Below are positions 30,374 through 40,215 of a stretch of DNA of 64,000 bases, piece by piece (position 1 is the first letter of the stretch; every line of letters starts with the position of its first letter). A program made the translations under genes and the position numbers. The notes below the pieces were generated by a model. That model did no database searches, had not been told where the DNA came from, and saw only the letters and a program-made list of their open reading frames with translations. Source of the DNA: an uncultured Clostridia bacterium (GTDB lineage: Bacteria; Bacillota; Clostridia; Christensenellales; CAG-314). The stretch is from contig CAMRUG010000003.1 of assembly GCA_947053925.1 (NCBI GenBank), positions 64,205 to 128,204 on the forward strand. The letters run 5' to 3'.

Positions 30374-30892
30374 TTACATTTTGACAGGCTCGGGATAAAT
30401 TTCTCCGAAAGTATCTACGGTTACCGTTTTCATTACCTGCTTTTCGTAAGGACGGTCTGAGTAATCGGTATACTGATCGGCTATTTCGTCAACGACGTCC
30501 ATTCCGTCAATGACCTTACCGAAAGCCGCATACGCTCCGTCTAAATGAGGCGAATTTTGGTGCATAATAAAAAACTGACTGCCGGCGCTGTTAGGATTCA
30601 TTGCCCGCGCCATAGAAATCACTCCGCGCTCGTGCTTTAAACCGTTATTAAAGCCGTTTTGACTGAATTCGCCTTTAATAGAATAATTCGGTCCGCCCGT
30701 TCCGCGTCCGTCGGGACAGCCGCCCTGAATCATAAAGCCGCGAATTACACGGTGGAATATAAGTCCGTTATAAAAGCCCTTGTTTACCAAACTTATAAAA
30801 TTGTTGACGGTATTGGGTGCAATTTGCGGATACAGTTCTACAACGATTTTTTTGCCGTTTTCCATTGTAATTGTTACTTGCGGATTATTCAT
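30374..30892 (-). CDS. ppiB: cyclophilin-type peptidyl-prolyl cis-trans isomerase
   Basis: FHRVIRGFMIQGGCPDGRGTGGP and SAGSQFFI motifs. Confidence 0.9.
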   Translation of the reverse strand: MNNPQVTITMENGKKIVVELYPQIAPNTVNNFISLVNKGFYNGLIFHRVIRGFMIQGGCPDGRGTGGPNYSIKGEFSQNGFNNGLKHERGVISMARAMNPNSAGSQFFIMHQNSPHLDGAYAAFGKVIDGMDVVDEIADQYTDYSDRPYEKQVMKTVTVDTFGEIYPEPVKM

Positions 30893-31427
30893 AAAATTCT
30901 CCTTAAAATAAAACTGTACAAATTATAAATGAATAGAATAAAAATGTCAATGTAATATTTTTACACATTGAACTGAGTTGAGCGAGAATAACATAACTTA
31001 CACTACTGATACAGGTCGCCGTTAATCTTGTATTTTGTCAATATATTTAATTGCCTTACATTGAAATTGTGAATTTTTAAATTTATAGAGTTGTGTAATA
31101 TCTGTTTGAGACAATTTACATTATAAAACTTGAAGTACTCTCAAAATAATCAATCTTCGAGTTGTCTCTATTGAGTTGCAACTTTGTTTGACTTTATCTG
31201 TACGTTTTTGTATAATTTATATAATAGCAACTTAACGACAATTAAAACGATTAACTACTATTAAGTACTGTTAACCACTATTATACATCACATAACACGA
31301 ACCGTTAATATGTATGTGATATATAATATGATTTCAATTTTGATACCGCAAATAAAGTATTTGCTACCATTGTATTTTGCATCGCAATATGCCGTATTTT
31401 GTCGGTATTTGATTAAAGGAGACTACT

Positions 31428-32660
31428 ATGATTACAAACAAACAAATGGAAAAATTTGCCGAACTTGCCGTAAGAGTGGGCGCAAATATGCAACAAGGAC
31501 AGGAAGTCGTTATCCGTGCGGACGTAAACTGTCAGGACTTTGTTCATTTGATTGCCGCAAAAGCCTACGAATTCGGCGCAAAAAAAGTACATATCGAATG
31601 GCGCGACGAAAAACTAGACAGATTGAGTATGCTTAATGCCGACAAAGAAGCGATATGCGATATTCCGTCCTATCAGACGGCAATGTGGGATTATTCTGTT
31701 TCTCACAAGTGCTGTTTAATCTCCATATCGGCAGAGGACCCGAACAAATACAAAAACTGCGACGCCGACAAACTGTCCGCTTACCAAGTGGCTTTTCAAA
31801 CGGCAAGGCAGATGTTCCGTAACGCTACTATGTCTAACTACTTACGCTGGACTATCGTTTCAATCCCCACACCCGAATGGGCAAAACAGGTATTCCCTAA
31901 CGAGGACGTAGCCGTTGCTATTGACAAAATGTGGAATGCTATCGGACACATTATGCGCTTAGACCAAGACGACCCTACCGCAGCGTGGAAAAAACATATC
32001 GATACGCTCGTTAAGCGCGCAGAGTTTTTAAACAAACACAATTTTGAATTTATGCATATGACAAACTCACACGGAACGGACTTAACCGTCGGACTTGCAA
32101 CGGACCACATTTGGGTCGCCGCTCAGGAAGAAGGACAGGACGGTATTCCGTTTACTGCAAATATGCCTACGGAAGAAGTTTTTACCGCTCCGCACTGCCG
32201 CAAAATAAACGGTACTGTAGTAAACGCTTTGCCTCTTGTAAATAACGGCAATATCATAGACAATTTTAAAATAACTTTTAAAGACGGCAAGGTTGTAGAT
32301 TATTCTGCAGAGGTCGGTTATGACGCGTTAAAAGGACTGCTAACAAGCGATGACGGAGTACTGTCTTTAGGAGAAATTGCTTTGATTGGCAAACACTCGC
32401 CCATTGCCGAAAGCGGAATACTGTTCTACAATACGCTGTTTGACGAAAATGCAAGTTGTCATCTTGCATTCGGCGCAAGTTACCCCACAACGGTAAAAGG
32501 CGGCACAGATATGAAAAAAGACGAACTGTTAAAACACGGTATGAATCAAAGCATCCAACACGTTGATTTTATGGTCGGAACAAAAGACCTTAATATCGAC
32601 GGAATAGGCTACGACGGAAAAATTACGCCTATCTTCCGCGACGGCGAGTGGGTAATATAA
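31428..32660 (+). CDS. M29-family aminopeptidase (AmpS/PepS-like)
   Basis: 410 aa; N-terminal KFAELAVRVGANMQQGQEVVIRA and C-terminal DENASCHLAFG motifs typical of thermophilic metalloprotease M29. Confidence 0.8.
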   Translation: MITNKQMEKFAELAVRVGANMQQGQEVVIRADVNCQDFVHLIAAKAYEFGAKKVHIEWRDEKLDRLSMLNADKEAICDIPSYQTAMWDYSVSHKCCLISISAEDPNKYKNCDADKLSAYQVAFQTARQMFRNATMSNYLRWTIVSIPTPEWAKQVFPNEDVAVAIDKMWNAIGHIMRLDQDDPTAAWKKHIDTLVKRAEFLNKHNFEFMHMTNSHGTDLTVGLATDHIWVAAQEEGQDGIPFTANMPTEEVFTAPHCRKINGTVVNALPLVNNGNIIDNFKITFKDGKVVDYSAEVGYDALKGLLTSDDGVLSLGEIALIGKHSPIAESGILFYNTLFDENASCHLAFGASYPTTVKGGTDMKKDELLKHGMNQSIQHVDFMVGTKDLNIDGIGYDGKITPIFRDGEWVI

Positions 32661-32725
32661 ATTTAGGTTTGCGTAAAAATAATTACCGCATTAAAATGTC
32701 CAAAACTCACCTATAAAGGTCAACT

Positions 32726-33229
32726 ATGAAAAATACCTTTAAACAAACATTACTAAACATTGTCGGTAGCGAATTGGAACAAATAGGATTTAACTTGATT
32801 TCCACCAATGGATATCCTGTTTACCACAGAAGAACAGATGAACTCATAGAAATTATACAGTTTAGTAAAGCAAAATACGAAACTTACATTACAGTAGGAA
32901 TTGCCACGGTTTATTTAAATAATTCAAAAGAATTTTCAAATATAAGCTATCCTGCTTTTAATGAATTTTCCGACGGAGATTTAAATAAAATAACGGTTGA
33001 TGACTGTATAAAAAAACACTACTTAAAGGGAAATATCGGCAATGCGTTTCATTTCGGCAACATATATTTTGTTTTAGGAATGGGCATAATGGGCATTTCG
33101 GATAACACTAAAAAGCCGTTTGGTATAAGATTAAAGAAATATAAAGACACAACATTCGTTAATGTTTGCGAGTTGATTAACAAAAAACTTAAAAAGTATT
33201 TTGAAATGGTTGAAATAAAAAAGTGTTAA
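32726..33229 (+). CDS. hypothetical protein
   Basis: 167-aa ORF with plausible composition; no motif recognised. Confidence 0.4.
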   Translation: MKNTFKQTLLNIVGSELEQIGFNLISTNGYPVYHRRTDELIEIIQFSKAKYETYITVGIATVYLNNSKEFSNISYPAFNEFSDGDLNKITVDDCIKKHYLKGNIGNAFHFGNIYFVLGMGIMGISDNTKKPFGIRLKKYKDTTFVNVCELINKKLKKYFEMVEIKKC

Positions 33230-33310
33230 TATATTTTAAATTTGCTAAAAAACTGACAGGGACTGCACCAATGCAGTCCCTGAATTTTTAACAACGCTTA
33301 AATGCAGATA

Positions 33311-34927
33311 TTACTTGTCTTCCTGTACATCGCTATCGCTTTGACGGTTAGACGCAAGCGAAGAATCATCGGCAACACTGCCTATAATTACGCTTTCGCA
33401 AACAAGTACCGGCTTTTCTTTTTTACGTTGGATAATTTTTATAACGAATACCGAGCCCACAAACAGCAATATTGCCGTTGCAAGCGAAATTACAGCACAC
33501 CACGCAATGCCGAGATTTGCCGAAGCGCCTGCAACCAAATATGACAAAAAAGTTATTCCTGCTATCAATCCTGCATAAGGCATTTGCGTTTTAACGTGAT
33601 TAACGTGATTACAGTTTGCTCCCGTTGACGACAATATAGTAGTATCGGATATAGGCGAAATATGGTCTCCGAATACTGCTCCGCCAAGCGTTGCAGATAC
33701 GGTTACAAGAGTTATTGCATTTACGTCTGTGCCTAGGATTGTAGTAGCGATAGGTATAAGCACGGTAAACGTACCCCACGATGTACCTGTAGCGAACGCT
33801 ATACCGCACGCAAGCAAAAAGAATACGGCAGGGAAAAACGCACCGAGAGATACTCCCGTCAAAGTGTTTTGCACAAATCCGCGCGCATCGAGATAACCGC
33901 CCTTAGAGCCCATAATAGCCGAAAGCGTCCACGCAAACGTTAAAATCAGTATTGCCGAAGCCATTGTTTTAAAGCCCTCGGCAACGCTGGACATAATATC
34001 TTTAAACGAAACGGCGCGAGCGATAAGATAGTAGACAACAACAATAACCAAAGCGATTGTAGAGCCTATTGCAAGACTCATACCTGCATCACAATTTGCA
34101 AATGCTTCGACAATGTTAGCGCCTTTAAAAATACCGCCTGTGTACAGCATACCAAAAATACAGCAAACTATAAGTACCGCAACGGGAATAATAAGATTGC
34201 GAACTTTGCCGTTTGACGACGGTATTATTACCGTTTCCTGTCCGTCAAAATGTTTACCTGCGTCAACGTCGCCCGTTTGCTCTGCAATTTTATCATCTTT
34301 ACGCATTTTTCCGAAAGAAATACCTAACGCGCAAAAAACAAAAACCATTACGATTGTTAGTAAAGCGTAGATATTAAACGGTATCGTTAAAACGAAAATG
34401 GTCATATCGTTGCCTTGCAATTGTCCCATAACTGCCGCCGCCCAAGATGAAATCGGCGCAATTATGCATACGGGCGCGGCGGTACTGTCTATTATCCAAG
34501 CAAGTTTGGAGTGAGAAACCTTGAACTTATCCGTTACGGGTCTCATAACCGAACCGACTGTAAGACAATTGAAATAGTCGTCTACAAAGACCAAACAACC
34601 CAGCAACGCCGTTGCGCACAAAGCACCGCGTTGTGATTTGATTTTGCGCTGTGCCCACGCGCCGTATGCCGCTGCTCCGCCCGACTTTTGCATCAGAATA
34701 ACGAATATTCCCAAGACAACTAAAAACACTAAAATTGACGCATTTTCGCCCAATTTTTCACTCATTACCGTAAACATTGTTTCTAGAGCGTACAGAGGAT
34801 TGCCGCTTGCGTAAAACATAGCTCCAACAAAAATTCCTGCAAATAACGACAAATACACTTGCCTTGTTACAAGTGCCAAAACTATTGCCACAATTGCAGG
34901 TACAAATGCCCAAAATGTTCCTATCAT
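33311..34927 (-). CDS. NhaC-family Na+/H+ antiporter-type transporter (putative lysine transporter by riboswitch context)
   Basis: Polytopic membrane protein with an NhaC-like N-terminus, MIGTFWAFVPAIVAIVLALVTRQVYLSLFAGIFVG. Start set at ATG 34927 (GGAAGG RBS); the track start 34954 lies inside the leader terminator U-tract. Confidence 0.8.
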   Translation of the reverse strand: MIGTFWAFVPAIVAIVLALVTRQVYLSLFAGIFVGAMFYASGNPLYALETMFTVMSEKLGENASILVFLVVLGIFVILMQKSGGAAAYGAWAQRKIKSQRGALCATALLGCLVFVDDYFNCLTVGSVMRPVTDKFKVSHSKLAWIIDSTAAPVCIIAPISSWAAAVMGQLQGNDMTIFVLTIPFNIYALLTIVMVFVFCALGISFGKMRKDDKIAEQTGDVDAGKHFDGQETVIIPSSNGKVRNLIIPVAVLIVCCIFGMLYTGGIFKGANIVEAFANCDAGMSLAIGSTIALVIVVVYYLIARAVSFKDIMSSVAEGFKTMASAILILTFAWTLSAIMGSKGGYLDARGFVQNTLTGVSLGAFFPAVFFLLACGIAFATGTSWGTFTVLIPIATTILGTDVNAITLVTVSATLGGAVFGDHISPISDTTILSSTGANCNHVNHVKTQMPYAGLIAGITFLSYLVAGASANLGIAWCAVISLATAILLFVGSVFVIKIIQRKKEKPVLVCESVIIGSVADDSSLASNRQSDSDVQEDK

Positions 34928-34955
34928 TTTAACCGCCTTCCAACAAAAACTCAAT

Positions 34956-35165
34956 AAAAAAATCGCGAACTATTAAACGTCGCGACAAAAGCGGTAACAT
35001 CTAATAGCGCAACACACTCAAAGTGTGACAGTCGCAAAGATATTCTCCTTGCGCCCAGCAAGTCTGCCGTTAGGGACAGCAAACCGCTTCGGCAGTTTTT
35101 CCTTTACCGTTAAGACCCTTTAACCCTTTTATCTTAACTTATCTTAAAAACCGCGCCTCTATCTT
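34956..35165 (-). promoter_or_regulatory. lysine riboswitch (L-box) with intrinsic terminator
   Basis: The minus strand reads GATAGAGGCGCGG...CTGCCGAAGCGG...TGCTGGGCGCAAGGAG...GACTGTCACAC. These blocks match the conserved blocks of the B. subtilis lysC L-box (GATAGAGGTGCG / GCCGAAG / TGCTGGCCGTGC / GGCTGTCA). It ends in a TCGCGA...TCGCGA hairpin plus U7. Confidence 0.8.
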
Positions 35166-35328
35166 GATTTATTTATTTGTAAATAAATTATATATGAACG
35201 GCATAATTTGTGTCAAATAATTTAATATGATTTTTAAAATTATATCAGTTTGCCATTATATTGAACAAGTTACATAAAAAAATAAAACTCTCAAACCGAG
35301 AGTTTTACCGTAAACGCATTGAACAACG

Positions 35329-36111
35329 TTACATATTGGGAATATCCCCTACTCCGTTTAAAATCAGACGCGGACGGAAAGGAAAACGTTCGACCGTTTC
35401 ACGGGAAGATACTCCCGACAAGACCAGTACCGAATCGAGTCCGCTTTCGGTGGCGGCAATTATATCCGTATCCATTCTGTCGCCTATCATTGCAACGTCA
35501 GGCGAATGTATACCGAACTTATGGAACCGCGACATTGCCGCGCGCATCATCAGAGGATTGGGTTTACCGACATAATATGCCTTGCGGTTTGTTGCATATT
35601 CGATAGGCGCAACAAGTGCTTTACAAGCAGGAATTTCGCCGTGTTCTGTAGGCGTTGTCAAGTCGGAATTCGTACCGATTAAACGCGCCCCGCGGTTTAC
35701 CAGTTTGGTGGCTTTTTTTATGCTTTCAAAATTGTAATTTTCCGTTTCGCCTATTACAACATACTCGGGGTCGACGTCATTTAAAGTAATGCCAACATCG
35801 TACAAGGCGTTTGTAAGCCCTGCGTCGCCGATAACGTATGCCGTGGACGCGCCTTGCGCCTTTAAAAAGCTTGCCGTAGCAAGCGCGGCGGTATGAAAGT
35901 TAGATTCGTCCACTTTAAGCCCCATACGAGCCAACTTTTGCTGAAGTTCCTTAGGCGACTTTTGACTGTTATTTGTTAAAAATAAAAACTTTTTATCGTT
36001 TTTGTGCAGCCAGTCGACAAATTCTTTAACGCCGCTAAGCAACGTATTTCCGTGGTATATAACGCCGTCCATATCGCAAATAAAACCTTTTTTGTTGCGC
36101 AATGTTTCCAT
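35329..36111 (-). CDS. HAD-IIA family phosphatase (NagD-like)
   Basis: FICDMDGVIYHGN (DxDG motif I), LTNNS and a C-terminal GDRMDTDI motif. Confidence 0.8.
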   Translation of the reverse strand: METLRNKKGFICDMDGVIYHGNTLLSGVKEFVDWLHKNDKKFLFLTNNSQKSPKELQQKLARMGLKVDESNFHTAALATASFLKAQGASTAYVIGDAGLTNALYDVGITLNDVDPEYVVIGETENYNFESIKKATKLVNRGARLIGTNSDLTTPTEHGEIPACKALVAPIEYATNRKAYYVGKPNPLMMRAAMSRFHKFGIHSPDVAMIGDRMDTDIIAATESGLDSVLVLSGVSSRETVERFPFRPRLILNGVGDIPNM

Positions 36112-36218
36112 TTTATTTCTCCTATAATCAAACTTTTTTAAAGCCGTAATTTATTTAAGTTTATTTGTTTTACAACTTGATTGTACTATAAACAAAATAA
36201 ATTGTAAAGTTATTACCG

Positions 36219-37028
36219 CTACTTATTGAGCATTGAAAAAATTATGTAGCGTACATATTCTTCCGCTATATCTATATCGGTATTTGCATACAACATACGT
36301 GCGCCTACAACGTCTTCAATTTCGTTTAGCACCCATTTGCCGTTATCAATTATAAAATCGACGCCGACATAATCACACTTTAAATACTTGTATATTTTGG
36401 CGGCAATTTCAATCTGATAATCTGTCGGAACCGCCTTTTGAGCGTTACCGCCGAGAGAGTAATTGCTTTTAAAGTTGTTTGGATTGTGCCGTAAAATGCT
36501 TGCTACAACCTGACCGCCCAACATATACAGCCGCATATCTTTGCCCTGTTCCGAACACGGACGCTGTATAATAAACCGCTTGTTTAACTGCTTAAAACTG
36601 TGCGCAATTTGACCGTATTCGGTCGAGTTGTTTGCCATAAAGACCTCTTTACCGCCGCAACCGTCAATGCTTTTTACAATGCAGGGGTAATTTGAAATAG
36701 ACGAACATTCTGAACCGCTTCGAGTGTCGAGCACAGGGATACCTAACTTTCTGCACATAAGATAGGTCTGCCATTTGTCGTTTGCAATACCGGAAGTCAG
36801 ATAATTGTTAAATACTCTAACGCCGTTATCTTCCAGCCGCTTATTTATATTCGGAGCAATAACGCGTACAATAGCGAAATCGGGGATATTATTTAACGGC
36901 AAATCATCGTTATCGATAACTACAAGTTGTAAATCGACATTTAACGGCTTAAACCCATTTTTCAGTTTGTTTATATACCAATCGTTACGCTTTACGCCCT
37001 GCGCGTTATAAACTAAAATGCCTTTCAT
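36219..37028 (-). CDS. ATP-grasp ligase (RimK-like)
   Basis: ATP-grasp layout: PCIVKSIDGCGGKEVF, DMRLYMLGGQVV and YVGVDFIIDNGKWVLNEIED. Confidence 0.7.
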   Translation of the reverse strand: MKGILVYNAQGVKRNDWYINKLKNGFKPLNVDLQLVVIDNDDLPLNNIPDFAIVRVIAPNINKRLEDNGVRVFNNYLTSGIANDKWQTYLMCRKLGIPVLDTRSGSECSSISNYPCIVKSIDGCGGKEVFMANNSTEYGQIAHSFKQLNKRFIIQRPCSEQGKDMRLYMLGGQVVASILRHNPNNFKSNYSLGGNAQKAVPTDYQIEIAAKIYKYLKCDYVGVDFIIDNGKWVLNEIEDVVGARMLYANTDIDIAEEYVRYIIFSMLNK

Positions 37029-37894
37029 TTTTGTAATTCGCCCAGTATATGTTTTAAAATAAGTTCGCTCATATCCACTCCCGTGCAGTCAAATGTCGAC
37101 TTAAAATGCACGTTAGAATTAACTTCGCAAATATACGGCTTACCGTTGTCGCCCAAAAGTACGTCAACGCCGGCGAAATCCAGCCCCAAAATTTCACACG
37201 CGCGCAAAGCGATATCTTGCTGTTCCCGTGTGGGAGTAATCTGCTTCATTTTAGCGCCGTTAGTAATATTAGAGCGGAAATCGTTATCGTTATAGCGCAA
37301 TAAAGACGCCGCAACTTTGCCGCCCACAACGTTTATTCGGACGTCCTTGCCGCAACTTGAGGCGATAAATTGCTGAAAAAGACAATCTTTGAAATTTATC
37401 TTTTCGATAATACTTTGCGCCTGCTCGAAAGTAGTTGCCAGATATACTTGCTGACCGAAAGAGCCGTATGCTTCCTTTATTACTAGCGGTAAACCTAAAA
37501 TATCTATTGCTTGACGCAAAAAATCCAATTTGTTGTAGCCTACTCCTTCAAAAGTTTTGGGCGCTATAACCGTCTTGGGAATATTTACTTTATTTATTAA
37601 AGCGAGCGCGGTCAGTATTTTGTTGTCGCACAATTCTATTGCTTTTGCCGAATTGTAAACGGGGATATGAAGTTTTTCCATCCTTTGCGCCAAATAAATA
37701 TCCTTATCCCAAAAGATAACAAACTGCGGCAAAACAAACGAAGAAAAACTATCATCGATAGAACATAACAGAGAATCGGTAGTTTTTACTTCTAACTTGA
37801 TATTTAATTTATTGGCGGCTTTTTCAAAAAAGACATACAATTCTTTGAATTTGTTTGAATTGATAAAACTGTTTACCACTAACCAACCTAACAT
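37025..37894 (-). CDS. ATP-grasp ligase (RimK-like), paralogue
   Basis: LPLVIKEAYGSFGQQVY, DVRINVVGGKV and FAGVDVLLGDNGKPYICEVNSN. It overlaps the downstream paralogue by 4 nt. Confidence 0.7.
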   Translation of the reverse strand: MLGWLVVNSFINSNKFKELYVFFEKAANKLNIKLEVKTTDSLLCSIDDSFSSFVLPQFVIFWDKDIYLAQRMEKLHIPVYNSAKAIELCDNKILTALALINKVNIPKTVIAPKTFEGVGYNKLDFLRQAIDILGLPLVIKEAYGSFGQQVYLATTFEQAQSIIEKINFKDCLFQQFIASSCGKDVRINVVGGKVAASLLRYNDNDFRSNITNGAKMKQITPTREQQDIALRACEILGLDFAGVDVLLGDNGKPYICEVNSNVHFKSTFDCTGVDMSELILKHILGELQK

Positions 37895-38185
37895 TTTTTT
37901 AATCTCCGTAAACGCTGTTTAAATTTTGAACTACAAAAATTACGTATACAAATAGTATATCAAAAACCAGAATAAAACACAACGCATTGATTCTTTGTAA
38001 ATAAGTTTGTGTTCACGCATATCCAGTATAACATTTAACTTAAATTCGGACGAGTATTTTGAATTAAAATTCTTTGTTGTAATATCAAAAATGCACTGTC
38101 AAAAGTTTCTAACTTTTGATGTGCATTTCAAAATAAGTTTTAATGCATTTTACTTCGCAATCGAATACAATCTTATCCGCCGAAC

Positions 38186-38605
38186 AATTTGACTAGCTAT
38201 ATGATTACACCATTCTCAAATCTGGGCTCTTTCGGTTTTTTACGATGTTCATTTAAGCACATAGGTAAGATACTGGAAATTGGTCAACATTATAAGCATA
38301 ATATGTTTTGAATTCTACAATCAATTACACCGTTCTCAAACTTACCGCTACCCGTCGTACCTATTACTAATGTCTTATGTCTATATAGAACTACACAATT
38401 CTCAAACACGCGTCCATCGTGTCAAACTCTGCGAATCGTTTTAGACCTATATAGAATTACACCATTCTCAAACGATAGAAGGTAGCAAGATTGTGTATAT
38501 ATAGTTTTAGACCTATATGAAATTACACCATTCTCAAACTACTGCCGATTATGTACCCGACAAGTTTAAATTTTAAACATAATTCGAATTATATCATTCT
38601 CTAAC
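38186..38605 (-). CRISPR. distal (trailer-side) CRISPR block with decaying repeats
   Basis: Six recognisable repeats at 38186-38221, 38305-38341, 38372-38407, 38438-38473, 38504-38539 (identical to consensus) and 38570-38605 (degenerate). Four spacers are exactly 30 nt. One 83-nt interval possibly hides a further decayed repeat. Confidence 0.75.
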
Positions 38606-38612
38606 TTAATTC

Positions 38613-38825
38613 TTAATATATCGCAAAGGGATTTTCTTCATATTTCAAAACTTCTTCCCACGTTAACTTATGCTCAACACAATACTCATAAACGGCATTC
38701 TCATCGTTGTTGAATTTTTCGTACAAAATTTGATTACCCATTACTTGATACAGAGGTATTACAACCGTAGATATTTCTTTTTTGTATCGGTTAAACCAAT
38801 AATTGTTATCGTATTCTCCCATCAT
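38613..38825 (-). CDS. 70-aa acidic hypothetical protein embedded between the two CRISPR blocks
   Basis: MMGEYDNNYWFNRYKKEISTVVIPLYQVMGNQILYEKFNNDENAVYEYCVEHKLTWEEVLKYEENPFAIY. An AAGGAG RBS lies 7 nt upstream of the ATG. It has the same orientation as the cas operon and pre-crRNA, with 12 D/E against 6 K/R. Confidence 0.5.
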   Translation of the reverse strand: MMGEYDNNYWFNRYKKEISTVVIPLYQVMGNQILYEKFNNDENAVYEYCVEHKLTWEEVLKYEENPFAIY

Positions 38826-38884
38826 AAAAGCTCCTTCATATTATTATATATTTCTTCATATTTTGCGTGTGTTCTAAGCAAATA

Positions 38885-40107
38885 ATTTAAAATCTATATG
38901 GAATTACAGCATTCTCAAACACAACGGCAGCTGCACAGCCTGCACCCAAGTTTTAGACCTATATGAAATTACACCATTCTCAAACCCTTTCCATTGCGCA
39001 GTAAAATCGTCTAATGTTTTAGACCTATATGAAATTACACCATTCTCAAACTGCTGTACTTGTCGATGAGCAGTTCTCCGCGTTTTAGACCTATATGAAA
39101 TTACACCATTCTCAAACGCTTATTGACAGAAAGCGCACAAAGATATTGTTTTAGACCTATATGAAATTACACCATTCTCAAACGGAAGAATAGGCAATAT
39201 TCGGTATCCGGCAGTTTTAGACCTATATGAAATTACACCATTCTCAAACACTACTGATACCAGGATAAAACAGTCTTGCGTTTTAGACCTATATGAAATT
39301 ACACCATTCTCAAACTATCAACAAACACAAGCCTATAAATAATACGTTTTAGACCTATATGAAATTACACCATTCTCAAACAAGATTAGTACCAGGATTA
39401 ATGTTATCTTTGTTTTAGACCTATATGAAATTACACCATTCTCAAACCTTTGAATAACTTGTCCGTTGTATGTCAGTGTTTTAGACCTATATGAAATTAC
39501 ACCATTCTCAAACCTTGTTTGTCTTGATTTGCGAAGAATTCTAGTTTTAGACCTATATGAAATTACACCATTCTCAAACAGTTCATTTGGCGGTTGATGT
39601 CGTTTTGTTGTTTTAGACCTATATGAAATTACACCATTCTCAAACTTGCGTTTGCGGAGTATGGCTTTGCGTTTAGTTTTAGACCTATATGAAATTACAC
39701 CATTCTCAAACTTGATGAATGCGGTGGATATGCCGAAAATTGTTTTAGACCTATATGAAATTACACCATTCTCAAACGAGTGGGTATTGGTAAACCCCGA
39801 TATTGTGGTTTTAGACCTATATGAAATTACACCATTCTCAAACCCGCGCCCTGTCTTCTTTGCTTGGCGGTAAGTTTTAGACCTATATGAAATTACACCA
39901 TTCTCAAACTCGCCAGTATATCTTACGCCTTTTAATTTCGTTTTAGACCTATATGAAATTACACCATTCTCAAACCATAGGTTTGAATTTGGGCGAAAAA
40001 TTGAAGTTTTAGACCTATATGAAATTACACCATTCTCAAACACGAGAGCCGATTATATCCACACAACAGGCGTTTTAGACCTATATGAAATTACACCATT
40101 CTCAAAC
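38885..40107 (-). CRISPR. main type II-A CRISPR array (19 repeats, 18 spacers)
   Basis: 18 identical 36-nt repeats (plus strand gttttagacctatatgaaattacaccattctcaaac; transcribed sense GTTTGAGAATGGTGTAATTTCATATAGGTCTAAAAC), first at 40072-40107 and last at 38950-38985. There are 17 spacers of 30 nt and one of 29 nt. The terminal repeat at 38885-38920 is degenerate (6 mismatches, mostly at its 3' end in the transcribed sense). Confidence 0.97.
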
Positions 40108-40215
40108 CTCAAATTTGAAAATTTTTACGATTACCGGTCGCATTAATTCAATATAGGCATTTATAATTTACTAAATTTATCTTAAAAAGTCAAACAATCT
40201 AACGTGTTCATTACC
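40108..40215 (-). promoter_or_regulatory. CRISPR leader with candidate promoter
   Basis: AT-rich 108 nt between the csn2 stop and the first repeat. The minus strand has TTGACT (40188-40193), a 17-nt spacer and TAAATT (40165-40170). Confidence 0.5.

Noticed and set aside
30990-31010. Partial match (cactactgatac-agg) to the spacer at 39250-39279, considered as a possible self-target
   Set aside because: Only ~11 contiguous identical bases plus an indel. Dozens of such 11-mer matches are expected by chance between 24 spacers and 128 kb of two-strand sequence.
38007-38192. 61-aa plus-strand ORF just beyond the CRISPR trailer, and possible further decayed repeats at ~38134-38169
   Set aside because: The ORF has no RBS and an AT-rich composition. 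The putative extra repeat shares too few positions with the consensus to call.
39333-40043. 236-aa minus-strand ORF with the repeated peptide FENGVISYRSKT (and the 75-aa plus-strand ORF at 39646-39873)
   Set aside because: It is simply the translation of the 36-nt CRISPR repeat every 66 nt. The periodic peptide is an artefact of the array, not a gene.
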